The position numbers were made by a program, and so were the translations under genes. A stretch of DNA of 64,000 nucleotides, taken from contig NC_087437.1 in the NCBI RefSeq assembly GCF_036321535.1, positions 102,488,001-102,552,000 of the forward strand. The letters are read 5' to 3'. Under the pieces are notes generated by a model that was not told the origin of the DNA, ran no database searches, and saw only the letters and a program-made list of their open reading frames with translations. Within the stretch, counting starts at the first letter, position 1, and every line of letters starts with the position of its first letter. Positions 55,750 through 64,000 of the stretch are shown here, in pieces. This DNA comes from Camelus dromedarius (taxonomy: Eukaryota).

Positions 55750-57800
55750 CTGTTGTTTTGATTTATTTTTTTCTAGTTGTTAAGATGTAAGCTTTATAAT
55801 TTGTAAGGAAGCTTTCATTATCTATTGTTTTTCAAATCCATTGCATGAGAGATGCATGCGCTGTTTGCATATATTTCTCTATCAATTTTTCCTCTATTCA
55901 TGATTGTATCTTCTTTCTCATTTATTATATTGTCAGTTTCCTATCCTTCCCATACATGCACACTCATTTTTCATTAAGCTTATGATAGAATTTTTAAAAT
56001 TTACTTTCCCCCCAGAACTAGCTTTTTTTTAAACCTTTATTCAAACTTTTTTTTCTATTTCATTAATTTCACTTTTTATCTTTAATTCACTCTTATTTCA
56101 ATCTTAATTTCCAAGTGGATAAGATGATTTTGTGACCTTTTAAGATGTATTTTTAACTTCATTGAAAGATATTCAAAGATTATTACCTATAAAACTTTTA
56201 CCTTTTTGAATTTATAAAGCTGTTTTGTGGTAAACTGCTACAAAAGTTTCAAGGACATAGAGAAATTTTTGAAAGATGTACTTTTTATAGATACTTATGA
56301 AATCAAGATTGTGATTAATTAACTTCTTTTTTAATGCTAGCATTGCCCAATTTTGAGAATGATTCATAAAAATCTCATAATCAAATTGAATTTGAATTAA
56401 GTTATTCTTGGATTTTTAATAATTACATTAAGTATTTTGCTGATTTCTTATTACTTTATGCATTTATAATTATATTTTTCACAAAATGCCTTTTATCATG
56501 TGAAATGTTTCATTTTATTTTGATAATTTTACTTTACCATTTTGGCATATTAATACTGCGATTGTTTTTTCTTTTTATTTTGCATTTACCTAGTATCTCC
56601 TTTCATATCTCTATTTTATCAGTTTTTAGATATTTTGTCTTAAGTGTATTTATTGAAATAATATAACATTTTTATTTTTAAACTTGCTTTTTGAATCTCT
56701 GTCTTTTAAAAAGACAATTTATTCCATTTTCAACTATTTATAATTAATTAATATACCTGATTCTTATCACTTTCTCTATGCTTTCTACATTTAATAATTT
56801 TTCCACATTGCTGCTTCTCTTTCTATTTTCCTTTAACTCATGTGTTTTCTGGTTTGATAAAAATGTGCTTTGTTATTTTCCTTTAATCATTAAGAAAATA
56901 TATTGAGTTTTTATTTTATTAATGGTTACTATTTTTCCTTACCCTGCTCTCCTCATCAGAGATTTTTTTTTATATATGAAAAGAAAATTTAAAAAAAATC
57001 AGATAACCCATTAATACTTTCAAAACCTATTTCCCCTAATTACTCCTTACAGAAATTATAATCCAAAATTTAAAATGTGTGTTTTGCCTCACTCTTCTTT
57101 TTATTTTCATTCCATTCCTCCTCCCTAAAATCACGATGAGAACTCGCTAAAAGCTTTATTTACTCTCACTCTCCATCTTGTGGGTTTTGCTGAAATCATT
57201 TACTGTTTTTATGTGTAATTATTATTATAATTATCCCTTAGTATGACTTTTTGGTTTCAAGACTCTAGATAGTTAACACTTAGGTTAATATACATTTAAT
57301 ATACTTCTCACCACTGATTCTTCATCCTTCCTGAGTTTGAGTCTGTGTTCTTGTTCCCTGGCAGGGTACTTGAATTATTTCTCATGTGCTTTTCAAAGTA
57401 GATTACAGATTCTATGCTGTTTAAATCCTTGTTTAACTTCAAATATCATGACTTGACTCATGCCTTAGCTCTGATAGGTGACTGATATTTTGGTGGGCAT
57501 GAGGTCCTGTGTAGTCCTTTTCTCTCAGTACCTTTTAGAAGCTATTCCCACTGATTTCTACCTTTCAATGAAGGAAATGTGAATTCTGTTCTCTGAACTT
57601 TTGGGGTTTTTTTTCTCCCTTTTTGATAAGCTTTCCTTTATAGGCAATTTATTGTTTCACTCCAGAAAGTCATATGATATTGTGTTGAGTAACTGCATTG
57701 CTTTTTTATTTATGTCATGGTCCACCTTTTCCCAGCAGCTCCATTTTTTTTTCATGCATATTATTTGTTTCTACAGATTGAACTTTCTCTAATACAAGGT
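55750..57800 (-). mobile_element. Highly decayed ancient L1 (ORF1/ORF2 5' region)
   Basis: Long T-rich stretch with antisense endonuclease-region motifs (ccttttatcat, atattaata, tttgcatttacctagtatctcctttcat). Confidence 0.55.
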
Positions 57801-57848
57801 CCTCTGAGATGAGTATTCAATTTATTTTATTTTATATTACTTCAGATA

Positions 57849-57890
<42 letters not shown>
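57849..57890. repeat. (TATATG)7 hexanucleotide repeat
   Basis: Directly visible; explains the MYMYMY ORF. Confidence 0.95.
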
Positions 57891-57895
<5 letters not shown>

Positions 57896-58144
57896 ACACA
57901 CATATAAGGCCACTATGGCTCATGGTTACCTTCAGCTTCAAACACAACTATGTGGTGGTCATGATTTCAACTCCATAACCATGTTAGAACAAGAAACCAG
58001 GTCATTCTATTCTTTTCCTTGTTCCCCACATTTCTATTTCCATAACTTGCTGTGCAGTTAGAATGTGGCCTACTCTTCAGCAAACTCTTATACTGTTTCA
58101 CAGTAAAGGAAATAACAATATTGCATGATGTCATTGTAGACTTC

Positions 58145-58643
58145 TGGATAATAAAGTTTTAGTCAACTTGACTGAGAAATGAGGTGCCCAGGTAGCTAAT
58201 TAAACATTATTCTGGATGTGTCTGTAAGGGTGTGTCTGGATTTGATTAACATTCAAATCAGCAGAATGAGTAAAGCAAATAGCCATCTCCAATTAGGGTT
58301 GGGCATCATCCAATCACTTGACAGCTTGAATAGAATAAAAGGTAGAGTAGGGAAGAATTTGTTTTCTCTGCCTAATTATCTTTTAGTTGGGATGTTTGTT
58401 GTCTCCTGTGTTCAGGCTTAAACTGGGACTTATGCCATTGGCTTTCCTGGATTTCGAGCTTGCAACAACATATCTTGGGATTTCTTAGCATCCATAATCA
58501 ATTACATGATCCAGTTCCTTATAATAACTACATCAAGTATGGGCATAATAAGTATACTCATATACACATGTGTGTTTGCTTATTTATTAATATATCCATG
58601 TATCCTATTGGTTCCATTTCAACAGAATACTCTGACTAATACA
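58145..58643 (+). mobile_element. MLT2 (ERVL) solo LTR
   Basis: gtcaacttgact...ggtgcccag...gggcatcatccaatca...tcctattggtt...ctgactaataca; near-perfect TSD acttc/atttc. Confidence 0.9.
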
Positions 58644-59089
58644 ATTTCCCTAACTTCAAACATCTCTTATGATCAAACTCTCTGCTAGCTGGACCTAACG
58701 TTATCTAGATCTTGTTCTAGGGATTTCATCGTCACTCTTTAGGCGTTTGTCTGGCCCTTCCTTAGACATGAAATCTCCGTACATTTTCCTTCCATCCTCT
58801 CAGGATGATGAAACGAATATACATCATCCAGATGGATGCATGGCCCAGCTTCTGTAGTTGGGAAAAAATATAACTTGAAGGTAGGAAGGAAGGATAATAT
58901 ATATGAACTCAGGTCTTTCCATTTCCAAATATCTCCTCTAAGAAAGACTGATGTGAATATCTAAGATAAGATTGTAATACTTTAAATATTCATAATACTT
59001 TGATTTAAGTATGCCTCTAGCTCTTTGAGATACTCAATTTTGAGAATATCCAGGATGAAATTCCATAGTATATATAATAATAAACTTAT

Positions 59090-59292
59090 AATAGTATGGT
59101 GATTAACATTTATTGAGCACCTCTATAATGATAGTTAATTTCTATTTATTATTTATTTTAAGAGTCACAACCACTATTACATTGGCTCTACAATTTTCCT
59201 CATTTAACAGATGGAAAAAAGGCTGAGCTTTAGAGAATTTTAATATATCAGGCACTGAGTAAGTAGATGAGTAAGGACTTGACCTGTGTCAG
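59090..59292 (-). mobile_element. MIR (interrupted by an LTR-like insertion)
   Basis: aacatttattgagcac...cctcatttaacagatggaaaa...gctgagctt. Confidence 0.7.
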
Positions 59293-59687
59293 TGTCGTGA
59301 CACCATGTACACATACACACCATATGAGGAGAGAGCTGATGGCTACTCTGAAGCTCTATTAAGTTGCACAGTTTTTTATAGCAAAGAAGAATGACAAGGG
59401 AAATGGTTAATAGGCAGCGTCTGGCTCAAGGTCAGAAGACCCTTTATGTTTTGGTAAATCATGTTTGTGTTGGCACCAGCGAGCCTTACAGCTTATCAGG
59501 GCAGAATGTATGAGAAACGGCTGCTTCACAATATTCTTCTTGGACTCAGGTGGCTGTGCCTGTCTTAGGTTGCCTCCCTCTGTTGATCTTACCCGTCCTT
59601 GGCTAACCAGCCTTCTCACCTCTGAGTCTGCAGCTTTTTATAACTTGTTTACCTTTCTGGCCCAAGGCTCGTTTCTTTGTTCCCACA
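59293..59687 (-). mobile_element. Unclassified solo-LTR-like insertion
   Basis: TG..CA termini and perfect 5-bp TSD gtcag (59288-59292 / 59688-59692); minus-strand TATA-like ctataaaaaa. Confidence 0.8.
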
Positions 59688-60989
59688 GTCAGGGACCAAC
59701 AACCTGATGCCTGATTTTTTGCTCATAATCACTACCCAATACTATATTGTAAGTCATGTAATTCAAAGAGGATAAGAAAGAAACCCCTTGTCTAAAATGC
59801 TTCAGCTTTTATACTCAATATCCTCCTTTCTTGCTCTTCTTACTTTGAAATTTCCTTATCAAGAATATTTGAGCGAAATAACTATGCACTAAATTTCAAA
59901 AGGCAATATATTTAACTAACGAAAACTGTGTTACTTCACTAGCACAGGTTAAAAGTAATTACAAGTCACTTAAAGAACAAGTTTAACTTCAAAAGCCTTC
60001 TATATCTTGTGTATTTCTTAAGAAACTCTGCTTACCATTGCAATAAGATGTATTAACATGAATTTATACTTTTTGAGCAAAATTTTCTACTCATTTATGG
60101 TAAAAAGCAATGTAATAATTTCTATGACAAGTCAATCAGGCATATTAGTACAATATATTAAAATTGAGTTTTTTTCTCCATATGTACTTTGAACATTGGA
60201 TTTCACAGGGGGAACTTTTCCATATTTAATTTATTCACTGTGTAGAAGCTTCATCAGTTACTGAAATTTGACTATATAAATATCAACTATGATATTTAAA
60301 CCTATCATTTCTTAGAGGCAATGAAGAAATAGTTCTTTAGAGGCTTTTTTTTTCCAAGAGAAATGTGTAACTAGATATGCTATTCATATTTTGGTATTCT
60401 ATCTTTAAATGGCAAGGTGATTTTTTTTATATATATATGAGCTTTCCATTTTATCCATTTCTTTTGGAGAAGAATAAACATGTAGCACTTACGGTGACAT
60501 GTAATTCTTAGTCTGCATTTTATTATCTTTCTTGTAATTATGGACTGCGTGTCCAGGAATATTTCATATTTATGGCTCATTTCTAAAATTACATTAGATA
60601 ATTTAATTACAAAAGCGTATATGATTGCTTTTTTTCAAATGACTTCATAGAGCTATTACTATGATTTTTTTCCCTAGTTTTCTTAGAGTGAAGGAAGTCG
60701 TGAAAGAGAATGTGTGAGGTGTCTATCAATAAAATAAAAATCAGATGTTTTATGACCAAATAATTGAAACCAAATATGTAATAGATTTATATTTTGAAGC
60801 TTATAAAAACAAAATTTGAGGTTTAATGTCAATAATAATTACTTCAAAGCTGAGAGATATGCATAATCTGAAGAAATTAGGTACTTTGGGGTTAGAAAAT
60901 AGACCGTTGTTCTCAGAAGTAGTTCAGCTGCAGAATCACAGAAAGTGTTACGGAGAATGACAGATGCAGGGGAGCAATGTCAACCTTAA

Positions 60990-61580
60990 CCTTTTTAGTT
61001 TAGATATTTGAGTGACTATTAACACCACTTGGAAATATAGGGACAATAAAATGATGAATAATTCCTGGATGAGAGGCAATAAGTTCAGTTTTATATTTCA
61101 GCACTTTATGTGACTTTTGATCATTCATAAAGGGATCTAAGGTAAATATTTCAAAATGTGAAAGTGGAACTCAAAAAGAAAGTTTTTTTCAATATCAAAT
61201 GTGCCAGGATTTAGATGGGATCAGATAAGAAAGAAGCCACTGATTTCAATGGGTTATATGTGGAATTTTAGCAAAAACAACTAGAGACAAAGAGAAGAGA
61301 GAGAGAGTGTAGAACACTCTTGGCTAAAGTCATGAAAGAAAGAAAGAGGCAATGCCTAATTTAAAAAGTACAAGACAGAAGGATAGTGAAGATAGACCAC
61401 GGTCCCCCAGAGAAGGAGAGAGGAAGAGTTGGGTCATGAAAGCAAAAGGAAAAGCTAAGACATCAATCCGAAAAAATAAGCAAATGAACGAGAAGAGGTC
61501 TTACTGGTGAACTTCTTAAGAATAAGAGACCATATCTGTGGATTTCCAATTACTATATTAGTAGATGTTATTTATAAACT
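60990..61580 (-). mobile_element. L2 fragment
   Basis: aataagttcagtttt...aaagtggaactca purine-rich antisense L2 pattern. Confidence 0.5.
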
Positions 61581-61956
61581 ATGGCAGGTATGTTAGCATC
61601 ATACTTTAAGAAGGTGAAAGCAGTTTAAAAACTGCCTTGGAAAGGAAAAAAACAAATTAAAAAAGGAATACACAGATTAACCATCAGTATTAATGGCTCA
61701 TCTGACTGTACAAATAGTAAATTCTCAGTGGATGTAATCCTATTGTTTAGGTTATCATTCCTTTAGCCGCCAGATTCCTTGAGAAAGGCAGAAGGTCTCT
61801 CGAAGCAAATAATGAACTAAGAAAAAGTCTTGGATTTGAGCCTTTCTGCCATCAATTAGATAAGTGTGACTTCAGGACCTTCATCAAAAGTTCTCCAACC
61901 TTCAATTTTTGAAACTATAAGTAAAGACGTGATTAATTAATTTAAACAATTAGTCT

Positions 61957-62429
61957 TGTCGACTGAAATAAATGCGCAGCCTAAAAGTTAAGAGTTATGT
62001 TTTACTTGGCGGGACGACTCAAGCCGGGATGATAGCCTCTCAGATGGCTCTGAGGGACTGCTCCCAAGAGGTAGGGGAGGAGCTAGGAAATATAGCAGCT
62101 TTACAACAAAGACCAGGTAGTTGGAACAATAAAAGATTACTTGTTAACTAAAGAAAACCAGGCATCTCAAGTTAAAGAATTTAGTGCTTTTCTATGTATG
62201 GGAGGAAGCAAACATTTGGGCTCATTGAATTCATTCCTTTGACAAGCACCTAGCTGTCTAGGGCCGGTATCCTGTCCTTTCTTATTCTGAGTCCCCTCAG
62301 GGTGCACCATTGTGAGTGGCTGCAGAGGCCCGGACTGCAGGCTTGTCTTCACTGCAGGGTGGCAGCAGCCACTGATGACTTGATGGTTTCAGCATTGTTT
62401 ACTGATATGGTTGCAGTATTTTGTTCACA
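61957..62429 (-). mobile_element. Solo ERV1 LTR, ungulate MER41-like family
   Basis: TG..CA termini and perfect TSD gtct; gaatttagtgcttttctatgtatggga...tgggctcattgaattcattcctttga motif. Confidence 0.9.
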
Positions 62430-62554
62430 GTCTGTTTCTTGATCTGCCGGTGTTATTGTTTATTGCTGTTTTATTTGACTAACGGGATGTTTTTAATTTG
62501 GGAGCAGCAAGCTTATTTTACTGAAACACAAATAGTAAATTCACCTTTTCAAAG

Positions 62555-63079
62555 TGAAAGCAGCTCTTTTGCCCCTTTCCTCTTTGCCAATTTTATTTCC
62601 CTCTAATCTAATTACAGGAATTGAGATCACTAGGCAATTTAACCTAACTCCTGATTTATGCGCTCCTGAATGTACACCATGTCTTCCCTAATCTGCTGGT
62701 TCTTTTCCTAGATTAAAAGAAGTAAGAATGCAGAATTAAGTAGTTAAAGAATGAGGAGGTCTCTATCTCCAACAGCCCCCTCAGCAATCCTGCAGGCAAA
62801 TCACACAGGAAAGATAACATCTGCAGAGAGACTCAGCCAATCTGCATGCAATGGAGAATGATGCAGAATCCAGCCTCCTCCCTTGGAGATTCTTTCCACT
62901 TTTCCCTTTAAAAACTGTCCTGGCCGAGTAGACTCTTCACAGTTGGTCTCAGGACATAGCCCACTTTCTTCTCAGATTGCCAGCTTTTCTGATTAAAGCA
63001 ACTTTCCTTTTCACTGACTCTTGCCTCTGGAATTTATTGGCTTTTGAGTGGTGAGCAGCTGAACTTGAGCTCAGTAACA
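62555..63079 (+). mobile_element. Solo ERV1-type LTR A
   Basis: tgaaagc...ctcagtaaca; TATA-like tttaaaaa, attaaa poly(A) signal; flanked by aaag on both sides. Confidence 0.8.
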
Positions 63080-63083
63080 AAAG

Positions 63084-63718
63084 TGAGACAGGACGGAAGG
63101 GGGCAGAGCACAGCCATTCAAGGAATGCTACAGCAATTAACATCAAAAGGTGAAAGATTCAATCCCCAGTAGGACTTGAGGCTCAGGATGATGAGAGGTT
63201 TAACTTCTAGTAGATCTTGAGCTTCATTATATGTTTGTTGTAATATATTAACACAGTGAATAACACGCCCACAGGCACCATGGCAGTCCCAAGGCTAGCC
63301 ACAAATGGTCAAAGAGTGGGAAATGGCCAACTTCCTGGGAATCCCAGCCCCTTCCCCAAGCTACTGAGACTGGTCCTTCCACTTATTAGCATATGAAGCC
63401 ACCAAACCCATAAAAACTAGCAACTCCACGGTGACTCGAGGCCACCCCTCTCTCTCCCTCTTCAGAGATGGCCCACCTTCTGTCTATGGAGTGTGTACCT
63501 ACTTTTATTCTGAGCATCCAACCCCCACACCTTGTGGTCTTTCTCTTGCCTTCCAATGTATCTATCTGAATAAATCTACCTTTACTCAACTGTGGCTCAC
63601 TCTTAAATTCTTCCCTGCGCGAAGCCAAGGACCCACACTTGGCGGGGCACGTCCCAGGGGCTCAATCAAAGCCTGGGACATGGCCCTCCTTATGGCCTAC
63701 ATCTGTTTTGCTGCCTCA
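63084..63718 (+). mobile_element. Solo ERV1-type LTR B
   Basis: tgagaca...ctgcctca; cataaaaa TATA-like box, aataaa near 63569; flanked by aaag on both sides. Confidence 0.88.
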
Positions 63719-64000
63719 AAAGGAGTACAGAAACAGTGCTTTTGTCCCTGGGGCTAGTTGTTTTGAAGTGTGTGGGTGACAGATAAGTTTCTAATTTGAG
63801 CAGTGAATGAAAAATTAATAGTTCTAATAAGATGGAAGTGTTGACAAATTTTAAAATATGATGAAATATATGTTATCAAAACCATAATTACCAGAAAAAT
63901 AAAGAAACAAAAGGATATTATTTGTTACTGGAAAACTACTTTGGTAGTGTGGACAGTTTTGTTTTTCTTTATTCTTCATTATTAATTGAGTGGTATTATT

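Noticed and set aside
1..64000. CRISPR arrays, operons or other prokaryotic systems
   Set aside because: The sequence is mammalian; there are no regularly spaced repeats or long intact ORFs.

Overview
AT-rich, CpG-poor mammalian genomic DNA, most likely from a camelid (camel, alpaca or llama). The evidence is three tRNA-Ala-derived vic-1-type SINEs with target-site duplications (TSDs) and young L1 3' ends of cetartiodactyl type. I find no convincing host protein-coding exon, RNA gene or CpG island, so this looks like intergenic or deep intronic sequence. The supplied ORFs are either chance ORFs or decayed L1 ORF2 pieces. The window is dominated by transposable elements: a ~4.9 kb decayed L1 (minus strand, 3' end missing), several 5'-truncated L1 tails, more than a dozen LTRs or LTR fragments, L2, MIR, hAT MITEs and microsatellites. 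I do not see evidence for a new multi-gene system. The most notable structures are: (1) two different solo LTRs in tandem sharing one 4-bp TSD (AAAG-LTR-AAAG-LTR-AAAG); (2) an old ~450-bp local duplication that keeps an exact 18-mer containing a palindromic TGACAG motif; (3) a TGACAG motif cluster near 40.7 kb; (4) an unclassified 395-bp LTR-like insertion with a perfect 5-bp TSD. Repeat family names come from remembered consensus sequences, not from a search, and boundaries of old repeats are approximate.
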